Assembly: GCA_964247055.1 (NCBI GenBank)
Contig: OZ176057.1
Location: 4,092,001 to 4,156,000, forward strand
DNA: 64,000 nt
From: Paragordius varius
Taxonomy: Eukaryota; Animalia; Nematomorpha
Reading direction: 5' to 3'
Made by a program: the position numbers and the translations under genes. The notes beneath the pieces are model-generated. The model saw only the letters and a program-made list of their open reading frames with translations. It had not been told where the DNA came from and did not search any database. Numbering within the stretch: the stretch's first letter is position 1; every line of letters begins with the position of its first letter. This document shows, piece by piece, positions 35,727 to 49,157 of this stretch.

Positions 35727-38700
35727 TCTATATATTTATAAAAATGGAAAATGCTGGCTTTGTGATCTGGTACAGGAAAATTGGTAGACCCAATCTAATC
35801 CAAATATCGAAAAAATATAATCAATAATGAATGCCCCGACAATAGCTTCGCCCTTTTTTTGAAATAGGCCCCCAGTTCGGGCCCACCCCGTATGAAAAAC
35901 GGTTTTTTTTGAAAACAGAAGTCCACAAAAATCGTGTCTTTGAGACAATTTTCCGGATAACGTGTTGGACCATTCAATTTCAAATATGATTTTTGTTTAC
36001 TTATTTTCGATTGCGCCGAACATAGCCGAGCCACTTTTTTGATTTAGGCCCTCTTTTTACCCGCTCCCCCCGTAAAATGCCACCTTTTTCAAAAAACAAA
36101 GTCCACAAAAATAATTTTTTAAATCGATTTTTCGCCCTAGGTATGAGACCGTAAAAATTCTATATGGATTCCACGTATTCCCTGTTAAAAGGCAAAAATT
36201 TTAGTCTACCGTTTATTTGATGATAGCTGCTGGGTAAGGAGCTACCCGCTAAAAACTGATTTTTCATATAACTTTGTGATCTGTTTCCGGAAAACCGGTG
36301 AACCCATTCAAATCCAAACATCGAAAAAATTTAATCATTAATGAAAGCCCCGACAATAGCTTCGCCCTTTTTTGGAATTAGGTCCCCAGTTCGGGCCCAC
36401 CCCGTGTGAAAAATGGGTTAAGTCAATTTTTTGGAGAACGTGTTGAACCATTCAATTTCAAATATGATTTTTGTTTACTTATTTTTGATCGCGCTGAACA
36501 TAGTCGACCCACTTTTTTGATTTAGACCCTTTTTTTACCCGCTACCCCCGTAAAATGCCATTTTTTTCAAAAAAAAACAAAGTCCACAAAAATATTTTTT
36601 TGATTGTATTTTTTTGTCCACGGTATGAGACTGTAAAAATTCGAGAAAGATTTTTCGTATTGCCTGTTAAAAGGCAAAAATTTTAGTCAAGCGTTTCTTT
36701 GATGATAGATGCTGAGTAAGGAGTATCTATCATATGTATAGCATGTTAAAAGATATATGGATATTAATACATTATTTATCCTCATCTATATATTTATAAA
36801 AATGGAAAATGCTGGCTTTGTGATCTGGTACAGGAAAATTGGTAGACCCAATCTAATCCAAATATCGAAAAAATATAATCAATAATGAATGCCCCGACAA
36901 TAGCTTCGCCCTTTTTTTGAAATAGGCCCCCAGTTCGGGCCCACCCCGTATGAAAAACGGTTTTTTTTTGAAAACAGAAGTCCACAAAAATCGTGTCTTT
37001 GAGACAATTTTCCGGATAACGTGTTGGACCATTCAATTTCAAATATGATTTTTGTTTACTTATTTTCGATTGCGCCGAACATAGCCGAGCCACTTTTTTG
37101 ATTTAGGCCCTCTTTTTACCCGCTCCCCCCGTAAAATGCCACCTTTTTCAAAAAACAAAGTCCACAAAAATAATTTTTTAAATCGATTTTTCGCCCTAGG
37201 TATGAGACCGTAAAAATTCTATATGGATTCCACGTATTCCCTGTTAAAAGGCAAAAATTTTAGTCTACCGTTTATTTGATGATAGCTGCTGGGTAAGGAG
37301 CTACCCGCTAAAAACTGATTTTTCATATAACTTTGTGATCTGTTTCCGGAAAACCGGTGAACCCATTCAAATCCAAACATCGAAAAAATTTAATCATTAA
37401 TGAAAGCCCCGACAATAGCTTCGCCCTTTTTTGGAATTAGGTCCCCAGTTCGGGCCCACCCCGTGTGAAAAATGGGTTAAGTCAATTTTTTGGAGAACGT
37501 GTTGAACCATTCAATTTCAAATATGATTTTTGTTTACTTATTTTTGATCGCGCTGAACATAGTCGACCCACTTTTTTGATTTAGACCCTTTTTTTACCCG
37601 CTACCCCCGTAAAATGCCATTTTTTTCAAAAAAAAACAAAGTCCACAAAAATATTTTTTTGATTGTATTTTTTTGTCCACGGTATGAGACTGTAAAAATT
37701 CGAGAAAGATTTTTCGTATTGCCTGTTAAAAGGCAAAAATTTTAGTCAAGCGTTTCTTTGATGATAGATGCTGAGTAAGGAGTATCTATCATATGTATAG
37801 CATGTTAAAAGATATATGGATATTAATACATTATTTATCCTCATCTATATATTTATAAAAATGGAAAATGCTGGCTTTGTGATCTGGTACAGGAAAATTG
37901 GTAGACCCAATCTAATCCAAATATCGAAAAAATATAATCAATAATGAATGCCCCGACAATAGCTTCGCCCTTTTTTTGAAATAGGCCCCCAGTTCGGGCC
38001 CACCCCGTATGAAAAACGGTTTTTTTTTGAAAACAGAAGTCCACAAAAATCGTGTCTTTGAGACAATTTTCCGGATAACGTGTTGGACCATTCAATTTCA
38101 AATATGATTTTTGTTTACTTATTTTCGATTGCGCCGAACATAGCCGAGCCACTTTTTTGATTTAGGCCCTCTTTTTACCCGCTCCCCCCGTAAAATGCCA
38201 CCTTTTTCAAAAAACAAAGTCCACAAAAATAATTTTTTAAATCGATTTTTCGCCCTAGGTATGAGACCGTAAAAATTCTATATGGATTCCACGTATTCCC
38301 TGTTAAAAGGCAAAAATTTTAGTCTACCGTTTATTTGATGATAGCTGCTGGGTAAGGAGCTACCCGCTAAAAACTGATTTTTCATATAACTTTGTGATCT
38401 GTTTCCGGAAAACCGGTGAACCCATTCAAATCCAAACATCGAAAAAATTTAATCATTAATGAAAGCCCCGACAATAGCTTCGCCCTTTTTTGGAATTAGG
38501 TCCCCAGTTCGGGCCCACCCCGTGTGAAAAATGGGTTAAGTCAATTTTTTGGAGAACGTGTTGAACCATTCAATTTCAAATATGATTTTTGTTTACTTAT
38601 TTTTGATCGCGCTGAACATAGTCGACCCACTTTTTTGATTTAGACCCTTTTTTTACCCGCTACCCCCGTAAAATGCCACCTTTTTCAAAAAACAAAGTCC

Positions 38701-41700
38701 ACAAAAATAATTTTTTAAATCGATTTTTCGCCCTAGGTATGAGACCGTAAAAATTCTATATGGATTCCACGTATTCCCTGTTAAAAGGCAAAAATTTTAG
38801 TCTACCGTTTATTTGATGATAGCTGCTGGGTAAGGAGCTACCCGCTAAAAACTGATTTTTCATATAACTTTGTGATCTGTTTCCGGAAAACCGGTGAACC
38901 CATTCAAATCCAAACATCGAAAAAATTTAATCATTAATGAAAGCCCCGACAATAGCTTCGCCCTTTTTTGGAATTAGGTCCCCAGTTCGGGCCCACCCCG
39001 TGTGAAAAATGGGTTAAGTCAATTTTTTGGAGAACGTGTTGAACCATTCAATTTCAAATATGATTTTTGTTTACTTATTTTTGATCGCGCTGAACATAGT
39101 CGACCCACTTTTTTGATTTAGACCCTTTTTTTACCCGCTACCCCCGTAAAATGCCATTTTTTTCAAAAAAAACAAAGTCCACAAAAATATTTTTTTGATT
39201 GTATTTTTTTGTCCACGGTATGAGACTGTAAAAATTCGAGAAAGATTTTTCGTATTGCCTGTTAAAAGGCAAAAATTTTAGTCAAGCGTTTCTTTGATGA
39301 TAGATGCTGAGTAAGGAGTATCTATCATATGTATAGCATGTTAAAAGATATATGGATATTAATACATTATTTATCCTCATCTATATATTTATAAAAATGG
39401 AAAATGCTGGCTTTGTGATCTGGTACAGGAAAATTGGTAGACCCAATCAAATCCAAATATCGAAAAAATATAATCATTAATGAATGCCCCGACAATAGCT
39501 TCGCCCTTTTTTTGAAATAGGCCCCCAGTTCGGGCCCACCCCGTATGAAAAACGGTTTTTTTTGAAAACAGAAGTCCACAAAAATCGTGTCTTTGAGACA
39601 ATTTTCCGGATAACGTGTTGGACCATTCAATTCCAAATATGATTTTTGTTTACTTATTTTCGATTGCGCCGAACATAGCCGAGCCACTTTTTTGATTTAG
39701 GCCCTCTTTTTACCCGCTCCCCCCGTAAAATGCCACCTTTTTCAAAAAACAAAGTCCACAAAAATAATTTTTTAAATCGATTTTTCGCCCTAGGTATGAG
39801 ACCGTAAAAATTCTATATGGATTCCACGTATTCCCTGTTAAAAGGCAAAAATTTTAGTCTACCGTTTATTTGATGATAGCTGCTGGGTAAGGAGCTACCC
39901 GCTAAAAACTGATTTTTCATATAACTTTGTGATCTGTTTCCGGAAAACCGGTGAACCCATTCAAATCCAAACCTCGAAAAAATTTAATCATTAATGAAAG
40001 CCCCGACAATAGCTTCGCCCTTTTTTGGAATTAGGTCCCCAGTTCGGGCCCACCCCGTGTGAAAAATGGGTTAAGTCAATTTTTTGGAGAACGTGTTGAA
40101 CCATTCAATTTCAAATATGATTTTTGTTTACTTATTTTTGATCGCGCTGAACATAGTCGACCCACTTTTTTGATTTAGACCCTTTTTTTACCCGCTACCC
40201 CCGTAAAATGCCACCTTTTTCAAAAAACAAAGTCCACAAAAATAATTTTTTAAATCGATTTTTCGCCCTAGGTATGAGACCGTAAAAATTCTATATGGAT
40301 TCCACGTATTCCCTGTTAAAAGGCAAAAATTTTAGTCTACCGTTTATTTGATGATAGCTGCTGGGTAAGGAGCTACCCGCTAAAAACTGATTTTTCATAT
40401 AACTTTGTGATCTGTTTCCGGAAAACCGGTGAACCCATTCAAATCCAAACATCGAAAAAATTTAATCATTAATGAAAGCCCCGACAATAGCTTCGCCCTT
40501 TTTTGGAATTAGGTCCCCAGTTCGGGCCCACCCCGTGTGAAAAATGGGTTAAGTCAATTTTTTGGAGAACGTGTTGAACCATTCAATTTCAAATATGATT
40601 TTTGTTTACTTATTTTTGATCGCGCTGAACATAGTCGACCCACTTTTTTGATTTAGACCCTTTTTTTACCCGCTACCCCCGTAAAATGCCACCTTTTTCA
40701 AAAAACAAAGTCCACAAAAATAATTTTTTAAATCGATTTTTCGCCCTAGGTATGAGACCGTAAAAATTCTATATGGATTCCACGTATTCCCTGTTAAAAG
40801 GCAAAAATTTTAGTCTACCGTTTATTTGATGATAGCTGCTGGGTAAGGAGCTACCCGCTAAAAACTGATTTTTCATATAACTTTGTGATCTGTTTCCGGA
40901 AAACCGGTGAACCCATTCAAATCCAAACATCGAAAAAATTTAATCATTAATGAAAGCCCCGACAATAGCTTCGCCCTTTTTTGGAATTAGGTCCCCAGTT
41001 CGGGCCCACCCCGTGTGAAAAATGGGTTAAGTCAATTTTTTGGAGAACGTGTTGAACCATTCAATTTCAAATATGATTTTTGTTTACTTATTTTTGATCT
41101 CGCTGAACATAGTCGACCCACTTTTTTGATTTAGACCCTTTTTTTACCCGCTACCCCCGTAAAATGCCATTTTTTTCAAAAAAAACAAAGTCCACAAAAA
41201 TATTTTTTTGATTGTATTTTTTTGTCCACGGTATGAGACTGTAAAAATTCGAGAAAGATTTTTCGTATTGCCTGTTAAAAGGCAAAAATTTTAGTCAAGC
41301 GTTTCTTTGATGATAGATGCTGAGTAAGGAGTATCTATCATATGTATAGCATGTTAAAAGATATATGGATATTAATACATTATTTATCCTCATCTATATA
41401 TTTATAAAAATGGAAAATGCTGGCTTTGTGATCTGGTACAGGAAAATTGGTAGACCCAATCAAATCCAAATATCGAAAAAATATAATCATTAATGAATGC
41501 CCCGACAATAGCTTCGCCCTTTTTTTGAAATAGGCCCCCAGTTCGGGCCCACCCCGTATGAAAAACGGTTTTTTTTTGAAAACAGAAGTCCACAAAAATC
41601 GTGTCTTTGAGACAATTTTCCGGATAACGTGTTGGACCATTCAATTTCAAATATGATTTTTGTTTACTTATTTTCGATTGCGCCGAACATAGCCGAGCCA

Positions 41701-44700
41701 CTTTTTTGATTTAGGCCCTCTTTTTACCCGCTCCCCCCGTAAAATGCCACCTTTTTCAAAAAACAAAGTCCACAAAAATAATTTTTTAAATCGATTTTTC
41801 GCCCTAGGTATGAGACCGTAAAAATTCTATATGGATTCCACGTATTCCCTGTTAAAAGGCAAAAATTTTAGTCTACCGTTTATTTGATGATAGCTGCTGG
41901 GTAAGGAGCTACCCGCTAAAAACTGATTTTTCATATAACTTTGTGATTTTCCGGAAAACCGGTGAACCCATTCAAATCCAAACATCGAAAAAATTTAATC
42001 ATTAATGAAAGCCCCGACAATAGCTTCGCCCTTTTTTGGAATTAGGTCCCCAGTTCGGGCCCACCCCGTGTGAAAAATGGGTTAAGTCAATTTTTTGGAG
42101 AACGTGTTGAACCATTCAATTTCAAATATGATTTTTGTTTACTTATTTTTGATCGCGCTGAACATAGTCGACCCACTTTTTTGATTTAGACCCTTTTTTT
42201 ACCCGCTACCCCCGTAAAATGCCACCTTTTTCAAAAAACAAAGTCCACAAAAATAATTTTTTAAATCGATTTTTCGCCCTAGGTATGAGACCGTAAAAAT
42301 TCTATATGGATTCCACGTATTCCCTGTTAAAAGGCAAAAATTTTAGTCTACCGTTTATTTGATGATAGCTGCTGGGTAAGGAGCTACCCGCTAAAAACTG
42401 ATTTTTCATATAACTTTGTGATCTGTTTCCGGAAAACCGGTGAACCCATTCAAATCCAAACATCGAAAAAATTTAATCATTAATGAAAGCCCCGACAATA
42501 GCTTCGCCCTTTTTTGGAATTAGGTCCCCAGTTCGGGCCCACCCCGTGTGAAAAATGGGTTAAGTCAATTTTTTGGAGAACGTGTTGAACCATTCAATTT
42601 CAAATATGATTTTTGTTTACTTATTTTTGATCGCGCTGAACATAGTCGACCCACTTTTTTGATTTAGACCCTTTTTTTACCCGCTACCCCCGTAAAATGC
42701 CATTTTTTTCAAAAAAAAACAAAGTCCACAAAAATATTTTTTTGATTGTATTTTTTTGTCCACGGTATGAGACTGTAAAAATTCGAGAAAGATTTTTCGT
42801 ATTGCCTGTTAAAAGGCAAAAATTTTAGTCAAGCGTTTCTTTGATGATAGATGCTGAGTAAGGAGTATCTATCATATGTATAGCATGTTAAAAGATATAT
42901 GGATATTAATACATTATTTATCCTCATCTATATATTTATAAAAATGGAAAATGCTGGCTTTGTGATCTGGTACAGGAAAATTGGTAGACCCAATCAAATC
43001 CAAATATCGAAAAAATATAATCATTAATGAATGCCCCGACAATAGCTTCGCCCTTTTTTTGAAATAGGCCCCCAGTTCGGGCCCACCCCGTATGAAAAAC
43101 GGTTTTTTTTTGAAAACAGAAGTCCACAAAAATCGTGTCTTTGAGACAATTTTCCGGATAACGTGTTGGACCATTCAATTCCAAATATGATTTTTGTTTA
43201 CTTATTTTCGATTGCGCCGAACATAGCCGAGCCACTTTTTTGATTTAGGCCCTCTTTTTACCCGCTCCCCCCGTAAAATGCCACCTTTTTCAAAAAACAA
43301 AGTCCACAAAAATAATTTTTTAAATCGATTTTTCGCCCTAGGTATGAGACCGTAAAAATTCTATATGGATTCCACGTATTCCCTGTTAAAAGGCAAAAAT
43401 TTTAGTCTACCGTTTATTTGATGATAGCTGCTGGGTAAGGAGCTACCCGCTAAAAACTGATTTTTCATATAACTTTGTGATCTGTTTCCGGAAAACCGGT
43501 GAACCCATTCAAATCCAAACATCGAAAAAATTTAATCATTAATGAAAGCCCCGACAATAGCTTCGCCCTTTTTTGGAATTAGGTCCCCAGTTCGGGCCCA
43601 CCCCGTGTGAAAAATGGGTTAAGTCAATTTTTTGGAGAACGTGTTGAACCATTCAATTTCAAATATGATTTTTGTTTACTTATTTTTGATCGCGCTGAAC
43701 ATAGTCGACCCACTTTTTTGATTTAGACCCTTTTTTTACCCGCTACCCCCGTAAAATGCCACCTTTTTCAAAAAACAAAGTCCACAAAAATATTTTTTTG
43801 ATTGTATTTTTTTGTCCACGGTATGAGACTGTAAAAATTCGAGAAAGATTTTTCGTATTGCCTGTTAAAAGGCAAAAATTTTAGTCAAGCGTTTCTTTGA
43901 TGATAGATGCTGAGTAAGGAGTATCTATCATATGTATAGCATGTTAAAAGATATATGGATATTAATACATTATTTATCCTCATCTATATATTTATAAAAA
44001 TGGAAAATGCTGGCTTTGTGATCTGGTACAGGAAAATTGGTAGACCCAATCAAATCCAAATATCGAAAAAATATAATCATTAATGAATGCCCCGACAATA
44101 GCTTCGCCCTTTTTTTGAAATAGGCCCCCAGTTCGGGCCCACCCCGTATGAAAAACGGTTTTTTTTTGAAAACAGAAGTCCACAAAAATCGTGTCTTTGA
44201 GACAATTTTCCGGATAACGTGTTGGACCATTCAATTCCAAATATGATTTTTGTTTACTTATTTTCGATTGCGCCGAACATAGCCGAGCCACTTTTTTGAT
44301 TTAGGCCCTCTTTTTACCCGCTCCCCCCGTAAAATGCCACCTTTTTCAAAAAACAAAGTCCACAAAAATAATTTTTTAAATCGATTTTTCGCCCTAGGTA
44401 TGAGACCGTAAAAATTCTATATGGATTCCACGTATTCCCTGTTAAAAGGCAAAAATTTTAGTCTACCGTTTATTTGATGATAGCTGCTGGGTAAGGAGCT
44501 ACCCGCTAAAAACTGATTTTTCATATAACTTTGTGATCTGTTTCCGGAAAACCGGTGAACCCATTCAAATCCAAACATCGAAAAAATTTAATCATTAATG
44601 AAAGCCCCGACAATAGCTTCGCCCTTTTTTGGAATTAGGTCCCCAGTTCGGGCCCACCCCGTGTGAAAAATGGGTTAAGTCAATTTTTTGGAGAACGTGT

Positions 44701-47700
44701 TGAACCATTCAATTTCAAATATGATTTTTGTTTACTTATTTTTGATCGCGCTGAACATAGTCGACCCACTTTTTTGATTTAGACCCTTTTTTTACCCGCT
44801 ACCCCCGTAAAATGCCACCTTTTTCAAAAAACAAAGTCCACAAAAATAATTTTTTAAATCGATTTTTCGCCCTAGGTATGAGACCGTAAAAATTCTATAT
44901 GGATTCCACGTATTCCCTGTTAAAAGGCAAAAATTTTAGTCTACCGTTTATTTGATGATAGCTGCTGGGTAAGGAGCTACCCGCTAAAAACTGATTTTTC
45001 ATATAACTTTGTGATCTGTTTCCGGAAAACCGGTGAACCCATTCAAATCCAAACATCGAAAAAATTTAATCATTAATGAAAGCCCCGACAATAGCTTCGC
45101 CCTTTTTTGGAATTAGGTCCCCAGTTCGGGCCCACCCCGTGTGAAAAATGGGTTAAGTCAATTTTTTGGAGAACGTGTTGAACCATTCAATTTCAAATAT
45201 GATTTTTGTTTACTTATTTTTGATCGCGCTGAACATAGTCGACCCACTTTTTTGATTTAGACCCTTTTTTTACCCGCTACCCCCGTAAAATGCCATTTTT
45301 TTCAAAAAAAAACAAAGTCCACAAAAATATTTTTTTGATTGTATTTTTTTGTCCACGGTATGAGACTGTAAAAATTCGAGAAAGATTTTTCGTATTGCCT
45401 GTTAAAAGGCAAAAATTTTAGTCAAGCGTTTCTTTGATGATAGATGCTGAGTAAGGAGTATCTATCATATGTATAGCATGTTAAAAGATATATGGATATT
45501 AATACATTATTTATCCTCATCTATATATTTATAAAAATGGAAAATGCTGGCTTTGTGATCTGGTACAGGAAAATTGGTAGACCCAATCAAATCCAAATAT
45601 CGAAAAAATATAATCATTAATGAATGCCCCGACAATAGCTTCGCCCTTTTTTTGAAATAGGTCCCCAGTTCGGGCCCACCCCGTGTGAAAAATGGGTTAA
45701 GTCAATTTTTTGGAGAACGTGTTGAACCATTCAATTTCAAATATGATTTTTGTTTACTTATTTTTGATCGCGCTGAACATAGTCGACCCACTTTTTTGAT
45801 TTAGACCCTTTTTTTACCCGCTACCCCCGTAAAATGCCACCTTTTTCAAAAAACAAAGTCCACAAAAATAATTTTTTAAATCGATTTTTCGCCCTAGGTA
45901 TGAGACCGTAAAAATTCTATATGGATTCCACGTATTCCCTGTTAAAAGGCAAAAATTTTAGTCTACCGTTTATTTGATGATAGCTGCTGGGTAAGGAGCT
46001 ACCCGCTAAAAACTGATTTTTCATATAACTTTGTGATCTGTTTCCGGAAAACCGGTGAACCCATTCAAATCCAAACATCGAAAAAATTTAATCATTAATG
46101 AAAGCCCCGACAATAGCTTCGCCCTTTTTTGGAATTAGGTCCCCAGTTCGGGCCCACCCCGTGTGAAAAATGGGTTAAGTCAATTTTTTGGAGAACGTGT
46201 TGAACCATTCAATTTCAAATATGATTTTTGTTTACTTATTTTTGATCTCGCTGAACATAGTCGACCCACTTTTTTGATTTAGACCCTTTTTTTACCCGCT
46301 ACCCCCGTAAAATGCCATTTTTTTCAAAAAAAACAAAGTCCACAAAAATATTTTTTTGATTGTATTTTTTTGTCCACGGTATGAGACTGTAAAAATTCGA
46401 GAAAGAATTTTCGTATTGCCTGTTAAAAGGCAAAAATTTTAGTCAAGCGTTTCTTTGATGATAGATGCTGAGTAAGGAGTATCTATCATATGTATAGCAT
46501 GTTAAAAGATATATGGATATTAATACATTATTTATCCTCATCTATATATTTATAAAAATGGAAAATGCTGGCTTTGTGATCTGGTACAGGAAAATTGGTA
46601 GACCCAATCAAATCCAAATATCGAAAAAATATAATCATTAATGAATGCCCCGACAATAGCTTCGCCTTTTTTTGAAATAGGCCCCCAGTTCGGGCCCACC
46701 CCGTATGAAAAACGGTTTTTTTTTGAAAACAGAAGTCCACAAAAATCGTGTCTTTGAGACAATTTTCCGGATAACGTGTTGGACCATTCAATTTCAAATA
46801 TGATTTTTGTTTACTTATTTTCGATTGCGCCGAACATAGCCGAGCCACTTTTTTGATTTAGGCCCTCTTTTTACCCGCTCCCCCCGTAAAATGCCACCTT
46901 TTTCAAAAAACAAAGTCCACAAAAATAATTTTTTAAATCGATTTTTCGCCCTAGGTATGAGACCGTAAAAATTCTATATGGATTCCACGTATTCCCTGTT
47001 AAAAGGCAAAAATTTTAGTCTACCGTTTATTTGATGATAGCTGCTGGGTAAGGAGCTACCCGCTAAAAACTGATTTTTCATATAACTTTGTGATCTGTTT
47101 CCGGAAAACCGGTGAACCCATTCAAATCCAAACATCGAAAAAATTTAATCATTAATGAAAGCCCCGACAATAGCTTCGCCCTTTTTTGGAATTAGGTCCC
47201 CAGTTCGGGCCCACCCCGTGTGAAAAATGGGTTAAGTCAATTTTTTGGAGAACGTGTTGAACCATTCAATTTCAAATATGATTTTTGTTTACTTATTTTT
47301 GATCGCGCTGAACATAGTCGACCCACTTTTTTGATTTAGACCCTTTTTTTACCCGCTACCCCCGTAAAATGCCACCTTTTTCAAAAAACAAAGTCCACAA
47401 AAATAATTTTTTAAATCGATTTTTCGCCCTAGGTATGAGACCGTAAAAATTCTATATGGATTCCACGTATTCCCTGTTAAAAGGCAAAAATTTTAGTCTA
47501 CCGTTTATTTGATGATAGCTGCTGGGTAAGGAGCTACCCGCTAAAAACTGATTTTTCATATAACTTTGTGATCTGTTTCCGGAAAACCGGTGAACCCATT
47601 CAAATCCAAACATCGAAAAAATTTAATCATTAATGAAAGCCCCGACAATAGCTTCGCCCTTTTTTGGAATTAGGTCCCCAGTTCGGGCCCACCCCGTGTG

Positions 47701-48960
47701 AAAAATGTGTTAAGTCAATTTTTTGGAGAACGTGTTGAACCATTCAATTTCAAATATGATTTTTGTTTACTTATTTTTGATCGCGCTGAACATAGTCGAC
47801 CCACTTTTTTGATTTAGACCCTTTTTTTACCCGCTACCCCCGTAAAATGCCATTTTTTTTAAAAAAAAAACAAAGTCCACAAAAATATTTTTTTGATTGT
47901 ATTTTTTTGTCCACGGTATGAGACTGTAAAAATTCGAGAAAGATTTTTCGTATTGCCTGTTAAAAGGCAAAAATTTTAGTCAAGCGTTTCTTTGATGATA
48001 GATGCTGAGTAAGGAGTATCTATCATATGTATAGCATGTTAAAAGATATATGGATATTAATACATTATTTATCCTCATCTATATATTTATAAAAATGGAA
48101 AATGCTGGCTTTGTGATCTGGTACAGGAAAATTGGTAGACCCAATCAAATCCAAATATCGAAAAAATATAATCATTAATGAATGCCCCGACAATAGCTTC
48201 GCCCTTTTTTTGAAATAGGCCCCCAGTTCGGGCCCACCCCGTATGAAAAACGGTTTTTTTTTGAAAACAGAAGTCCACAAAAATCGTGTCTTTGAGACAA
48301 TTTTCCGGATAACGTGTTGGACCATTCAATTTCAAATATGATTTTTGTTTACTTATTTTCGATTGCGCCGAACATAGCCGAGCCACTTTTTTGATTTAGG
48401 CCCTCTTTTTACCCGCTCCCCCCGTAAAATGCCACCTTTTTCAAAAAACAAAGTCCACAAAAATAATTTTTTAAATCGATTTTTCGCCCTAGGTATGAGA
48501 CCGTAAAAATTCTATATGGATTCCACGTATTCCCTGTTAAAAGGCAAAAATTTTAGTCTACCGTTTATTTGATGATAGCTGCTGGGTAAGGAGCTACCCG
48601 CTAAAAACTGATTTTTCATATAACTTTGTGATCTGTTTCCGGAAAACCGGTGAACCCATTCAAATCCAAACATCGAAAAAATTTAATCATTAATGAAAGC
48701 CCCGACAATAGCTTCGCCCTTTTTTGGAATTAGGTCCCCAGTTCGGGCCCACCCCGTGTGAAAAATGGGTTAAGTCAATTTTTTGGAGAACGTGTTGAAC
48801 CATTCAATTTCAAATATGATTTTTGTTTACTTATTTTTGATCGCGCTGAACATAGTCGACCCACTTTTTTGATTTAGACCCTTTTTTTACCCGCTACCCC
48901 CGTAAAATGCCATTTTTATCAAAAAAAAAACAAAGTCCACAAAAATAATTTTTTAAATCT
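35727..48960 (+). repeat. Higher-order tandem array of 26 ~480-bp monomers (types A and B) in 10 units
   Basis: Unit starts at 35727, 36785, 37844, 39380, 41393, 42927, 43983, 45520, 46541, 48078 (spacings 1058, 1059, 1536, 2013, 1534, 1056, 1537, 1021, 1537). Each unit is A + 1-3 B + a ~70-100-bp linker; copies are nearly identical. Confidence 0.95.
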
Positions 48961-49106
48961 ATTTCTCCCCCAAGTAAACAATAAATTAGTATGAATGCAC
49001 CGTTTTAAGATTCCTATGAAATCATAGCTATTAAATAATTTTTCGAAATAATCCACATATGTAGATCATTTTATTGTCCCTTTTTTCAAATAACCCCCTC
49101 CCCCCA

Positions 49107-49157
49107 GAAGTCCGAAGGACTTCCTCGGGCTGCGTAGCAGCACGAGATTTACGCTAG
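49107..49157 (+). terminator. Helitron 3' terminator: two adjacent hairpins plus CTAG
   Basis: GAAGTCC-GAA-GGACTTC (49107-49123), CTCGGGCTGC-GTA-GCAGCACGAG (49124-49146), ATTTACG, CTAG (49154-49157). Confidence 0.85.

Larger units (their letters stand above)
35727..49157 (+). mobile_element. Non-autonomous Helitron, 13.4 kb (level 4)
   Basis: 5' TCTATATATTTATAAAAATGG preceded by A; 3' GC-rich hairpin (49124-49146), 7 nt, then CTAG followed by T; no TSD. The intact right arm of the host element (50671-50715, reverse complement) shows the exact empty site gtcgaaa|tatattataaaaaaatt. No Rep/helicase ORF. Confidence 0.9.

Noticed and set aside
35736-48386. Repeated 70-106 aa minus-strand ORFs (MARLCSAQ..., MSQRHDF..., MVQHVIRK...) as a tandem gene family
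   Set aside because: They switch frame with homopolymer length from copy to copy, show no known domain, and are simply translations of the satellite monomer.
35727-48960. CRISPR array or rDNA/snRNA tandem cluster
   Set aside because: Monomers are ~480 bp with no unique spacers, no cas genes, a eukaryotic context, and no recognisable rRNA/5S/snRNA/tRNA motif.
35727-49157. Simple head-to-tail rolling-circle concatemer of complete Helitrons
   Set aside because: Internal junctions lack CTAG and the 3' hairpin; only the last unit has the terminator.
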